From the IMG/VR virus record IMGVR_UViG_3300006213_002470: a DNA stretch of 64,000 nucleotides. One strand, 5' to 3'. Positions 1 through 9,003 of the stretch are shown in pieces. The translations under genes were made by a program, and so were the position numbers. Under the pieces are notes generated by a model. The model did no database searches. It had not been told where the DNA came from and saw only the letters and a list, made by a program, of their open reading frames with translations. This DNA comes from an uncultured virus (IMG/VR IMGVR_UViG_3300006213_002470). Lineage: Duplodnaviria > Heunggongvirae > Uroviricota > Caudoviricetes. Position 1 is the stretch's first letter. Each line of letters begins with the position of its first letter.

Positions 1-915
1 TTACCACACGACTTTCAGGTGCGTGTAATCAACCGGTGATTCCTTCAAGCTTTCCACCACCCTGTCATAACGGAAGAACCAGCTCATGTTCTTCACATTG
101 ATGTGCTCCGCTATCTTCTCAAGCGGCGCGCCGTCTTTAATCATCAGCGCCTGACTCAAGATGCGTAGGTCGTTATAGGTAAACGGCCTTACGCCGCAGG
201 CTGTGCAGGCTTCATGGAGCCGGTTCTGCAGTGCCCTCGCACTGACTGCCTTTCCTTTTTTGTTCAGGAAAAAATATGGCTGGCTGTCGGTACGCTGCAT
301 GGAATACCGGTCAATCAGTTCCGCGACATCTTCCGGAATTTTTACGAAATGGTAAGCGTGTTCCGTCACTTTCAGGCGGATTCCGAAATTACCGTCCGCA
401 TCCTGCAGGAGCATATCCCGCCTTAAAGAAACCAGCTCATTCGTGGTAAGCGTTGATCGAAGCACCATGGAACAGGATAGAAAACCTGTCATATCGCCCT
501 CGGACTTAAAATAAGCCAGAACTTTGTCAATACTGTCCAGTTCGGGCAGATCCTCCATACGGAACTGCAGATCCGGAAATATTACATCAATTACGGAAAA
601 GAGGTTAAGGTATCCATCCTGAATTTCCAAAATATCCGCATTTTCGTCCATATAGCGTGCTACGGCACGCAGAACGCTCAGATTGTAGTCCGTAGATTTC
701 ATTACACTGCTTTTTCCGTTGAAGTATGCTTTTATTGTTTCCTGCGTAATGTCAAGAAAATCGCACTTCGCATAGTCGCATAAAGCATTAAAAACATAGG
801 TGTACTGCTGTTTCGTCCGTTCTTCCCGCATCTTTTCAGAATAATACTTCTTTAAGATAGTGATAAATTTGGCGCTTAAATAGGGAGAAAACGCAACAGT
901 CTCTGTCTCAGCCAT
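1..915 (-). CDS. Tyrosine recombinase/integrase-fold protein with degenerate catalytic residues
   Basis: XerC/D-like layout (STLTTNELVSL, PYFFLNKKG, FTYNDLR, GAPLEKIAEHI, FRY); AGGAGG RBS before ATG at 915. Confidence 0.75.
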   Translation of the reverse strand: MAETETVAFSPYLSAKFITILKKYYSEKMREERTKQQYTYVFNALCDYAKCDFLDITQETIKAYFNGKSSVMKSTDYNLSVLRAVARYMDENADILEIQDGYLNLFSVIDVIFPDLQFRMEDLPELDSIDKVLAYFKSEGDMTGFLSCSMVLRSTLTTNELVSLRRDMLLQDADGNFGIRLKVTEHAYHFVKIPEDVAELIDRYSMQRTDSQPYFFLNKKGKAVSARALQNRLHEACTACGVRPFTYNDLRILSQALMIKDGAPLEKIAEHINVKNMSWFFRYDRVVESLKESPVDYTHLKVVW

Positions 916-955
916 AAAACCCTCCTTTGCCATTCATAGAAAAAATCAGGGAAAG

Positions 956-1150
956 TGTAGTCAACTACGCACTATGGGAATGGAGCATCCCTTTCTCATG
1001 CCCCTCCTTTCATTTGTTGCGCAGCTTCCTTTCTTTCCCTTTTTTCTTATTTATTCATTAACAAATCTCAATGCCTCAGATTGAGACTGGAAATAACGAA
1101 ACAGGCATGGTATCCTGCTCCGTTATTCCCATAGTGCGTAGTTGTCTGCA
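956..1150. repeat. Inverted repeat pair with a perfect 20-bp core flanking a 143-bp segment upstream of the recombinase
   Basis: 962-981 caactacgcactatgggaat is the exact reverse complement of 1125-1144; extends to 26 bp with 2 mismatches. Confidence 0.9.
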
Positions 1151-1166
1151 TAGAATGATGTTCCAA

Positions 1167-1511
1167 CTATTCCAGACCTGCCCAGTCGCCATGTAGCTCT
1201 GATATGCTGCGTTTCTTATATATAACATTCCCAGAATCATAGCATGGCGCCAGCTGCCTTTTTTCCACACGTTCTTTGAACCGGTTCCGGCATAATTGCT
1301 CTGTCGTAACGTCCCGCCCAATCTGTGCATATTCCTCCTTTTCCTTATTCCATGCAAACGCGGCGTATTCATATGTACTGCATTTCTCCGCATCTGTATA
1401 GCTGGTTAGTGTGATGCCGGACTCAGCTGCCCATCCCATCTCTTCCTCAAAACTGTGTCCTGTCCGGACCAGCTTCTCTTCATCTACATCTAAAACGGCT
1501 ATAATCCTCAT
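1167..1511 (-). CDS. Hypothetical protein
   Basis: 114-aa ORF; ATGA overlap with the upstream small ORF. Confidence 0.7.
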   Translation of the reverse strand: MRIIAVLDVDEEKLVRTGHSFEEEMGWAAESGITLTSYTDAEKCSTYEYAAFAWNKEKEEYAQIGRDVTTEQLCRNRFKERVEKRQLAPCYDSGNVIYKKRSISELHGDWAGLE

Positions 1512-1639
1512 TCCTCTTCCTCCTCATCCTGCATCGGATACCAGTGGTATTCGCAATCTATATTTTCACATTGTCCGTTCCACATGAGGCTTCCGCACTT
1601 AGGGCAGTCTGATACCTCATATGGTCCTCCACCCTGCAT
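1508..1639 (-). CDS. Small zinc-ribbon protein (43 aa, not in ORF track)
   Basis: Translated by hand: MQGGGPYEVSDCPKCGSLMWNGQCENIDCEYHWYPMQDEEEEE; CxxC plus CxxxxC; fills the gap and is coupled to the next gene. Confidence 0.7.
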   Translation of the reverse strand: MQGGGPYEVSDCPKCGSLMWNGQCENIDCEYHWYPMQDEEEEE

Positions 1640-1643
1640 CTGC

Positions 1644-2882
1644 TCACATCCTTTCTCCGGAAGGTTCCATTTTTTTCATTTCAAGGAATTCGCTTAACTT
1701 CCCTGGAAGCTGCTTTATCATATCTATCCGCTCCTGTATCTGGGATATGGGATTTCCTTTGCTGTCATAGTCGTCATACATAAGGGAAACCATAAAACTA
1801 AGGATTAATTCCTTCAGTTCGTCGCTTTGCTCCTTTACCTGTTTTACGATCTCTACTCCTTCTTTTAACAGTTCTCCCCAAAGGATACAGCAGCTTTCAT
1901 TATCGGTACCAAGCTGCTCCAGCCATTCACGCAGGCTGTGTTCTTCTGCACCTGTCCCGCAGTGGTTTTCTTGTATAAAATACCGTACTTTTTTCCCATC
2001 GTATATCCTTCCTAATGGGAAAAGGGCGCACACTGTAGGCTTCGCATCCTGCACAAAACATTTGTTGTGAAACAGGAAAGGACATCTTGCATCCGTCCTT
2101 AACCGGATAATAGGAAGTCCGGAATCTTTGCCCACATACATCTCGCAGTATGTAATGAGCAGCTCCTTAAAAGAAATATCAAGATATTTCTGCAGACGCA
2201 TAATGTCATAAGCAGTAAGCAGGATATCTCCTCTTTCTTTGCAGCAGTGGCCACAGCAGTTGCATCCGAACCGGAATGTTCCCTCTGGTTCAAGGTAATT
2301 TAAATTCATGATATCTTTATAATCCATCCTATAATTTGCCTCGTTTACCATTTCTGTAAGATAGGAAACATCTGTGTTTGGGTCTGAACGTACGGCGATA
2401 ATTTCGTGAACGGAACTGGGCAACAGGTATAGATTGCTGTCAAGCTGGTCTGCCAGTTTTTTCAGTACAGATATATTTAACAGCATCGCTGCGCCAAAAA
2501 AAAGCGATTGGTTTGCAAGGACTATCATTTCTTTCTCTATTGGCATGACATCCATCCCGTTCTGCGCTATATATACCGATTCTTCCGGGAAAAAATTCAA
2601 TATTGGTGTTACAAGTGTATTGTCCTTGCGGTATGTATTTTCCAGTGCAGCCTGATAGATATCATTAATGTCCCTGTGCCACATGAGAATCTGCTTCCTG
2701 CTTACATAGAAGCCGTTGCAGCCCCATTCTGTACAATCACAATAAAACAGGATTGCAAGGTCCAGGAATTTAATATATGCTTTCCCTTCCATATCTGCCC
2801 TGTACTTTTCGTAATTCACTAAACGCAGGAATATTTTTTCCTTTACGCTCTCCCAATTGATGGAAATATTAATTTCATTCAT
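1644..2882 (-). CDS. DUF5688-like domain fused to a YkgJ-like (CxxCxxCC) cysteine-cluster domain
   Basis: LLPSSVHEIIAV motif; CNCCGHCC...CPFL...C...KPTVCALFP; AGGAGG RBS. Confidence 0.7.
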   Translation of the reverse strand: MNEINISINWESVKEKIFLRLVNYEKYRADMEGKAYIKFLDLAILFYCDCTEWGCNGFYVSRKQILMWHRDINDIYQAALENTYRKDNTLVTPILNFFPEESVYIAQNGMDVMPIEKEMIVLANQSLFFGAAMLLNISVLKKLADQLDSNLYLLPSSVHEIIAVRSDPNTDVSYLTEMVNEANYRMDYKDIMNLNYLEPEGTFRFGCNCCGHCCKERGDILLTAYDIMRLQKYLDISFKELLITYCEMYVGKDSGLPIIRLRTDARCPFLFHNKCFVQDAKPTVCALFPLGRIYDGKKVRYFIQENHCGTGAEEHSLREWLEQLGTDNESCCILWGELLKEGVEIVKQVKEQSDELKELILSFMVSLMYDDYDSKGNPISQIQERIDMIKQLPGKLSEFLEMKKMEPSGERM

Positions 2883-2925
2883 TATGTCTTTATCCTCCTT
2901 TTATTAAATTCTGCAAAAGCACTTT

Positions 2926-3174
2926 TCACAGCGTGAAATCAGCATCCATTTCCTGAATCTCGTCCGGATCAATCCAGTCTGCTTCGCAAAAACAGGCAGG
3001 CTCTCCGGTTACAGGATCTGGAACTAAGTCGCCTGCGTCAAGAATGACCTCTTGCGCTTTGTATGCTTCCTTTACACGTTCGATTGCATTTTCCAGACCG
3101 TCTGTACCAGCTTCTTTTGTGTCAACGACAACAATTCTTCTTAATATCTCTGTGACTGCTATGCATTGTTTCAT
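2926..3174 (-). CDS. DpnD/PcfM-like protein
   Basis: VTEILRRIVVV...AIERVKEAYKAQEVILD pattern; AGGAGG RBS before ATG 3174. Confidence 0.6.
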   Translation of the reverse strand: MKQCIAVTEILRRIVVVDTKEAGTDGLENAIERVKEAYKAQEVILDAGDLVPDPVTGEPACFCEADWIDPDEIQEMDADFTL

Positions 3175-3196
3175 TACATATACCTCCTGAATTTTC

Positions 3197-3233
3197 AAAA
3201 AACGCTCAGGGATGGTAAAATCCTTGAGCGTTT
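3197..3233 (-). terminator. Rho-independent terminator-like hairpin
   Basis: aaacgctcagggat / atccttgagcgttt stem with a T-run on the minus strand. Confidence 0.7.
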
Positions 3234-3241
3234 CTAAAAAT

Positions 3242-3490
3242 TTATCTGATTTGTTTACTGTTATGTCCTATGAACCGGACTGATCCGTAGCCCTGATTCC
3301 TAATTGCAGCCAGTTCACAGTCCAGCTCATCCACACCGACATTTCCTAAAAAATCTCCGCCGGATGTCTGTATCTGATAATATCCCTCACCCGGATATTG
3401 GGGATGTGGATAATACCGGCATACAATCTCACGCATATCTGCTTCATGTTCTGCAATAACCATAGACATAGAAATCCTCCTTTTATTCAT
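3242..3490 (-). CDS. Hypothetical protein
   Basis: 82-aa ORF in the co-oriented gene string. Confidence 0.55.
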   Translation of the reverse strand: MNKRRISMSMVIAEHEADMREIVCRYYPHPQYPGEGYYQIQTSGGDFLGNVGVDELDCELAAIRNQGYGSVRFIGHNSKQIR

Positions 3491-3512
3491 ACCGCAATCT
3501 ATCGCCTGATAG

Positions 3513-3854
3513 TTAATGTGGTTCCTGCGAAATCATGCCAAGATAATACATATCCTTTTTTCCGTTCCAGAAATGTGCGGCCAGATCCTCCAGGCGCTTC
3601 TTCCCATTTTTTAATGCCGAAAAATCCGCTTTTACATCGTCATTTGCATAACCTGAGTGGTTATTGTGGGAAATCGTAAGGCGGAACCTTTCGCCGCTTT
3701 CTACCCATCTGCCTTTTCCGTTGTTCTTTGCAATTGGATATACACCAATAGTCAGTCCGTACAAATCAGGATATTCGGGCGTATTGCGACTGCTCCAATC
3801 CTCTAACTGGATCTCTGTTCCATTTGGCATGACTGCCCTTTCAATGATTTCCAT
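3513..3854 (-). CDS. Hypothetical protein
   Basis: 113-aa ORF with GGGAGG RBS. Confidence 0.7.
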   Translation of the reverse strand: MEIIERAVMPNGTEIQLEDWSSRNTPEYPDLYGLTIGVYPIAKNNGKGRWVESGERFRLTISHNNHSGYANDDVKADFSALKNGKKRLEDLAAHFWNGKKDMYYLGMISQEPH

Positions 3855-3874
3855 GATTGCCTCCCTTCTTCTCT

Positions 3875-4639
3875 TTATTCAGATTTGGCTTTTTCTGAGG
3901 CTGTTACCAGGTAACACATGATGCTGCATTCCGGAAATACTTCAGTATCCATATTTCCTCTGTCCGGTTCCAGTTCGTCAAGATATACCGGATGCCCCTT
4001 ATAATCTTTCAGCATCGAGTGGCCGACCGTTCTTTCCAGTGCCGCCCTCTGCTGAAAGACTTCCGGGAAGTCTTTCCTTATCCTGTTCCAGTAACCAAAA
4101 CCTCCTTTCACACACCCCACGCAGTTATTATTGGGATAACCCATTTCATACATCTGGGGCCTGGGAAAAGAAAACAGCTTTTTAAAGAGCCCGTGAACAT
4201 CTTTCTTTGATAAATTTTTCTCAATCAAAGGAAATTCGTGCTCTGCCTGCGGATTTTCTGCCGCAGTCCGGTCTGCCCGGTTCCTTTCTTTTAAATCAAA
4301 TCCCCACACATAAATAAGCTCACATCCATGATGTTCTGCTTCCCACTGCTTCCGGATTCTCTTTTTGAGCCAGTTCGTACATGGCGCAAACCCGTTCCGG
4401 GGATTGCGGAAACCGCCAAATGCCCTGACGCAATCTTCCACGCATGCATACTGGCTTGATTTTAATATCTGAATCTCCTTTCCGATTGCTTTTTCGCAGT
4501 CATGGATAAACCTCATACTGTCCTCATGCTGATCGGCAATATCAATATAAATCCACTCGTCAACATTGTCTGCAAGATATCCAGCCATGAAGGATGATAT
4601 TCCTGCCGACATCCAGCATATTTTTAATTTCTGTTTCAT
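3875..4639 (-). CDS. PAPS-reductase-like adenine nucleotide alpha-hydrolase family protein (phage/MGE type)
   Basis: PP-loop-like SAGISS; PCTNWLKK; NNNCVGCVKGGFGYWNRIRKDFPEVF. Confidence 0.7.
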   Translation of the reverse strand: MKQKLKICWMSAGISSFMAGYLADNVDEWIYIDIADQHEDSMRFIHDCEKAIGKEIQILKSSQYACVEDCVRAFGGFRNPRNGFAPCTNWLKKRIRKQWEAEHHGCELIYVWGFDLKERNRADRTAAENPQAEHEFPLIEKNLSKKDVHGLFKKLFSFPRPQMYEMGYPNNNCVGCVKGGFGYWNRIRKDFPEVFQQRAALERTVGHSMLKDYKGHPVYLDELEPDRGNMDTEVFPECSIMCYLVTASEKAKSE

Positions 4640-4823
4640 AACACCACGAAACAAATTCCGTTCGTGGATAGGGCGTCAGGCCTCCCATGCTACTTTGATA
4701 CGGCTTTCGCAGAGCAGCTCCCACCATATCTCTTTCACGCCGTTGATCCGCCCTTTTCTTCTCTGTGTTTGACACCTTCACAGGTCAACCCGGTTTACCG
4801 GGATTCGTTATTACTCCTTTCCT
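4640..4823 (-). promoter_or_regulatory. Candidate structured 5' leader RNA
   Basis: Several nested stems with tetraloops; the last stem (4644-4667) covers the ribosome-binding region of the PAPS-reductase-like gene. Confidence 0.45.
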
Positions 4824-4982
4824 GAAATGATTTTGTTATTAAATCCAATATCCTGATACCGACCTGCTTTCATGTAATCTCCCGAGATTTTTCGGGATAG
4901 CGGCATACTTAGCCGTTTATTACCGATAAGTAAAATCAGCATTTGTCCATACCTCCTAACAAGTTTTTACAGAGCCTGCCGA

Positions 4983-5315
4983 TCATTTGGCAAGTTCCCT
5001 GACACATTTTCCTGCGCAATGTAAATCGCGTTCTATGCCAATTGACAGGCGGTTTCTGTAAGCCTTCAGTTCGCTCAGCATAACGCTTCCCCATTCCCAT
5101 TCATATCCTATGGTGGCATATCCGTACAGCTCCCAGTCATCTTCGTAACGTTCACCGCCTACAACAAGCCATGTCCCGGCTCCACAGGGATTGAAATATT
5201 TAACGATTACTTCCGCTTCAAACATATCTTCGGTTTCAGGGAATAAACCTACCTGCTCCAGCTTTTCTTCAATTTCTTTTGTCATAAGTTCCATATAAGT
5301 GCTCCTTTTAATCAA
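4983..5315 (-). CDS. DUF2958-like protein
   Basis: VKYFNPCGAGTWLV...LYGY...EWGSVMLSEL...IERDLH. Confidence 0.7.
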   Translation of the reverse strand: MIKRSTYMELMTKEIEEKLEQVGLFPETEDMFEAEVIVKYFNPCGAGTWLVVGGERYEDDWELYGYATIGYEWEWGSVMLSELKAYRNRLSIGIERDLHCAGKCVRELAK

Positions 5316-5345
5316 TAAAGAATAGTATAAAATCCCTGCTTCGTA

Positions 5346-5939
5346 TCAAGCGCAGATTGTATCATATAAATTGACACACACATAATCAGAATCCAATCTG
5401 CGTTCCAGTTCATCATAGCTGCCTGCGGATATTCCATACTTTGCAAACCATTCCAGCATATCGCTCTCATGGAAAAAATAAATTTCCATATCTGTTTCTT
5501 CTCTCAGCATCTTTTCGTAAACCGTGCCGCCTGCATCTGCATCCAGCTTCAGCAAGACACGGTACCTGACATCCAAATACACGCCATAAACATCGGTATT
5601 GATAAAGATGCGCTCTCCTGGTTCTTCTGCACGAAGGACGAAATCCAGTCCGTAATGCTCGGCAATCTTTTGGTATGCATCATAAAGCGGATTCCATGCT
5701 GTCTCCAACTCTAAGCAAATATAAGCGTCCTCAATGTCCATGCAGACAACATCTCCCCGAAAGCAAATACCGTCCGTAGGAATATTCAGCCGTTCCAACA
5801 ACAAAACCAGCCGTGTGTCGGCATGAATCCCCATTGAAGGGTAACAGTCTAACAAATCCTCTTTCAAACGGGATACGGCATTCCCTGGAGTATCCTCTTT
5901 CGGGAATAAAACTACTGTGTCAGAGCATACATTCGCCAT
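5346..5939 (-). CDS. Hypothetical protein (possible YubB/DUF1281 ferredoxin-like fold)
   Basis: ETAWNP...EEPG motif; GGAGG RBS before ATG 5939. Confidence 0.55.
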   Translation of the reverse strand: MANVCSDTVVLFPKEDTPGNAVSRLKEDLLDCYPSMGIHADTRLVLLLERLNIPTDGICFRGDVVCMDIEDAYICLELETAWNPLYDAYQKIAEHYGLDFVLRAEEPGERIFINTDVYGVYLDVRYRVLLKLDADAGGTVYEKMLREETDMEIYFFHESDMLEWFAKYGISAGSYDELERRLDSDYVCVNLYDTICA

Positions 5940-6015
5940 ATCGCACTGCCTCCTTCCAATGAAAGATTCCTGTAATCCGAGCTTCATTTCTCATAAAATT
6001 CCTCCTTTAAAAAAC

Positions 6016-6051
6016 AAAAAGGCGATACAGAATGTGAACCGTATCGCCTTT
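6016..6051 (-). terminator. Terminator-like hairpin directly upstream of an RBS
   Basis: aaaggcgatac / gtatcgccttt 11-bp stem followed by a T-run. Confidence 0.7.
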
Positions 6052-6125
6052 CATAGTTATAGTATTCCTGATTTCCTGCTTGCTTTTACAGGTATTGCAG
6101 CATTGCCGGAATATGCATATCACAT

Positions 6126-6389
6126 TTATATAATGTAATAAGAAGGAATGTTCTCCCTGCTTATACTTAGCGCAAACATAATAATGTCGGAAATCGCATC
6201 TTCAAGGTGGACATAATTCGCTTTTTCCGAATTGTAATCCATCTGCCCGCCATCTTTTTCTTCGTAATTCCCATCATATAAAGTGTAGTCAATTGCACTG
6301 TCACAGCCCTCTGTGTAAAAATCACATTCCGCAAAGCTGTATTCCAGAAATTCCCCTGTTGCCAGGATAAGCCTTACTGCATCTTCCAT
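6126..6389 (-). CDS. Hypothetical acidic protein
   Basis: 87-aa ORF in the gene string. Confidence 0.6.
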   Translation of the reverse strand: MEDAVRLILATGEFLEYSFAECDFYTEGCDSAIDYTLYDGNYEEKDGGQMDYNSEKANYVHLEDAISDIIMFALSISRENIPSYYII

Positions 6390-6396
6390 AACTTAT

Positions 6397-6726
6397 TCAC
6401 TCCCTTGTATCAAGTGTATTTTCGCTGTCCCTTATGCAGCTTTCACAATGACAGTCCTTCTGGTCGCAGTAACGAGATCCTTCTTTGCCGCTTTCGATAT
6501 ACGGATAGCATACTGGTTTTCCAAACTGCATCAGGGCATCCGTTATGCTTTCGCGGACTTCTGCTAAAATCCGCATATCCCACGGAAACAGTGTTTCCCG
6601 TTCTTCATCCGCAATGCCAAGATAGCTGCAGCATACATCATAAGTCGCATTATCTATCAGATCCTGTTGACGCACCATAGCGTCTGTCATTTCCAATTCT
6701 TTACTGCTGGTTCTTATCTCGTCCAT
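6397..6726 (-). CDS. Hypothetical protein with Cys-rich C-terminus
   Basis: GGAGG RBS; CYPY...YCDQKDCHCESC. Confidence 0.65.
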   Translation of the reverse strand: MDEIRTSSKELEMTDAMVRQQDLIDNATYDVCCSYLGIADEERETLFPWDMRILAEVRESITDALMQFGKPVCYPYIESGKEGSRYCDQKDCHCESCIRDSENTLDTRE

Positions 6727-6740
6727 ATTTACCTCCAAAT

Positions 6741-6777
6741 AAAAAACTGCTCATTGACTATGATAGTCACAAGCAGC
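6741..6777 (-). terminator. Terminator of the AAA ATPase gene
   Basis: ctgct..tgacta / tagtca..agcag stem plus T-run. Confidence 0.55.
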
Positions 6778-6798
6778 TTTCCTTCCTTATTATATTAT

Positions 6799-8151
6799 TT
6801 AAAACTTAAACTTTGAGATTCCGTAAATCGGAATCGTGATTGTGTTATCAGCTTTTCCGCCGCAGGTATTTCCTTTTGCATACAGCACGTAGTCGGCTTT
6901 CTTCTTTTCCAAAGCTTCCGCTGCAGTCTTTCCGCTGTTTTTTCCGGATTTAACTTCGACCGCATATGTCCTTTCCGATGCCAGTTCTTTTACATAAAAG
7001 TCAATCTCACCGTTACCCAGGGTTGCAAAAGCGGGGGTTTCCAGTGCGATTTCGCTCGGGTGTGCAATCCGGCGCCTCAGATCAAGGTAAACAAAATTTT
7101 CATTTATAATACCGGATACCGTGGCTTTTGGGACGCCTGCCTTTATCAGAAAATAGTTTGCAAGCCCGATGTCTAAGAAAAAGCATCTTGCCTTTGCCTT
7201 AAAATCCAAAATGTTGCATTCAGGCAGCTTGCCGGCAAACCCTATGATCCCGGAACTGTAAAGCCAGTCGATTGCCCTGTTTATCGTTGCCTTGGTTATA
7301 TTGCTGGAGTAATCCTTCACAACAATGCCCTGCAGTTCCTCGCTGAAGCTGTCCGCGTCAAAGCCTTTCTTCTCTTTGGCCAGAATGCGGGCAACACCAG
7401 AGAAGATGTTTTCATAAACAGCAGCGTCCAATATGTCCTCGAAGTACCTTCTGCTCTCATTGGTAAAAAGGCGGATGATTTTAAGCAGTTCAGCCTGGCA
7501 GTCCTGCAGGGGCGCATTTTTCAGGTATTTCAGGACAACACTCGGATACCCGCCAATCATGCAGTAATCATTATATAATTTCTGCAGCTCCTGATAGGTT
7601 TCTGCATCACTTTCTCCGCACAGACTCATCTTCTCATACAGATCGATGCGGTTAAGGGCTGTCAGAAATTCCTCAAATCCAAGCGTGCAGATTTCAAGGT
7701 AATCCAAGTCACCGGAAGAATACTTAAATTCCTGTTTCAAAACTCTTCCCAAATAACTCCCTGTAATGATGAAATCGCATTTCAGCGTGCGCGTGAATTC
7801 CCGGATGCGGTTGTAAATGTCTGCCGATTCCTGAATTTCGTCAATAATAACAATTGTGTCCTCTGAATCCTCAAAATCAGGCTGATACCTTTTAATCAGT
7901 TCATATATTGGATTCTGGTATCTTTTCCCTGATTTCATTTCCTGCCACAATTCCCGGTACTGCACCAAAAAAAGTTCCCCGGAAAGATCCAGCAGATTTA
8001 TGTATATCTTTTGGCTGTACTGTTCATCTGCAAATCGGTTTACAATATAGGTTTTACCTACCTGCCTTGCACCAGATACTTCCAGCGTGGAATGGTCCGG
8101 ACGTTTTTTCCAGGCCGTCAGCTCTTCATATGCTTTCCGCTTCAGGTACAT
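6799..8151 (-). CDS. AAA family ATPase (AAA_14 + DUF4143 type)
   Basis: Walker A GARQVGKT, Walker B IIIDEIQ, ITGS, GGYP, C-terminal EIDF...EVKS; extended -10 TGATATAAT upstream. Confidence 0.85.
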   Translation of the reverse strand: MYLKRKAYEELTAWKKRPDHSTLEVSGARQVGKTYIVNRFADEQYSQKIYINLLDLSGELFLVQYRELWQEMKSGKRYQNPIYELIKRYQPDFEDSEDTIVIIDEIQESADIYNRIREFTRTLKCDFIITGSYLGRVLKQEFKYSSGDLDYLEICTLGFEEFLTALNRIDLYEKMSLCGESDAETYQELQKLYNDYCMIGGYPSVVLKYLKNAPLQDCQAELLKIIRLFTNESRRYFEDILDAAVYENIFSGVARILAKEKKGFDADSFSEELQGIVVKDYSSNITKATINRAIDWLYSSGIIGFAGKLPECNILDFKAKARCFFLDIGLANYFLIKAGVPKATVSGIINENFVYLDLRRRIAHPSEIALETPAFATLGNGEIDFYVKELASERTYAVEVKSGKNSGKTAAEALEKKKADYVLYAKGNTCGGKADNTITIPIYGISKFKF

Positions 8152-8294
8152 CGCAAATCCTCTCCTTTCTGCCTGCACAAAAGTTCATTTACCATATATG
8201 ATGAATGACCTGTACAGGTCGCCTGCCATATTTATTATTATATCAAAAAAAAAAGCATTTACATAGAGAAAACAAAAGTTTTGTGCAATGCCCT

Positions 8295-8846
8295 TCAATA
8301 AGCAGGAAATACAGCATTCCAACAGGCAATCCTTTGCAGAATGCTGTAGGGCTGAATAACCGCCAGCTCGTAAATCTGCTTGGCTATGGTTTCCGGCTGC
8401 ATGACAAAATATACTCCGTTGCCCTGCCATGTCCCTTTCGTTCCGTTGATCCCATTGTAAAATTTTATAGGTATGCCGGCCCAGTACCGCAGATTTTCCG
8501 TATAATCATCAATCAACACATCTGATGGGCGTATTCCGCCAATCTTTTCCAGCGCGTGCTCCTTTCTGCCCCCACAGGGACAGTATATCTGCCTCTCCTC
8601 CGGCAGATGAAGATGCTCTTTTACCCATGCTTTTTTATCCGACTCAGAATGACTGTCCTGAAATACGCAGGATAAAATATACAGCTCAATATCGGGAAGC
8701 TGTTCCAATAATCTGAAAGCTGCCACGACGTTTTCCTGTATGGGAATGCTGGAAAAATACCCCTTCTGGGTTAGGTGTTCCTGCGGCACATCCTGCCAGA
8801 CCGCAAGCACTCCGTCCAGATCAAAAAAAATTCTCTGTTTGTTCAT
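8295..8846 (-). CDS. HAD-superfamily 5'(3')-deoxyribonucleotidase (NT5C type)
   Basis: FFDLDGVLA motif I and LIDDY motif IV; start uncertain. Confidence 0.75.
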   Translation of the reverse strand: MNKQRIFFDLDGVLAVWQDVPQEHLTQKGYFSSIPIQENVVAAFRLLEQLPDIELYILSCVFQDSHSESDKKAWVKEHLHLPEERQIYCPCGGRKEHALEKIGGIRPSDVLIDDYTENLRYWAGIPIKFYNGINGTKGTWQGNGVYFVMQPETIAKQIYELAVIQPYSILQRIACWNAVFPAY

Positions 8847-9003
8847 ACAAAAACAGGCAGCTTTTACGCTGCCACCTCCTTTTTTCATAGATAAAATTAA
8901 TATAAGAAAGAGCGTCTTTATTAAGATACGCTTTCCATATTTCATATTTAGTTTTTTAGCCTGCTTTAAATTTGGGGAATTAGAACTACCCAAAGTGTGA
9001 TCC

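Noticed and set aside
1115..1142. Chromosomal dif site
   Set aside because: Only loose resemblance to a XerC arm and the XerD arm consensus (TTATGT) is absent
4811..4942. 43-aa ORF MLILLIGNKRLSMPL...
   Set aside because: Has an RBS but no recognisable features; may be a deletion remnant and cannot be supported as a gene
8245..8254. A10 run in the AAA ATPase promoter as a phase-variable spacer
   Set aside because: The promoter has an extended -10 and no convincing -35, so spacer length may not matter; no evidence of variation
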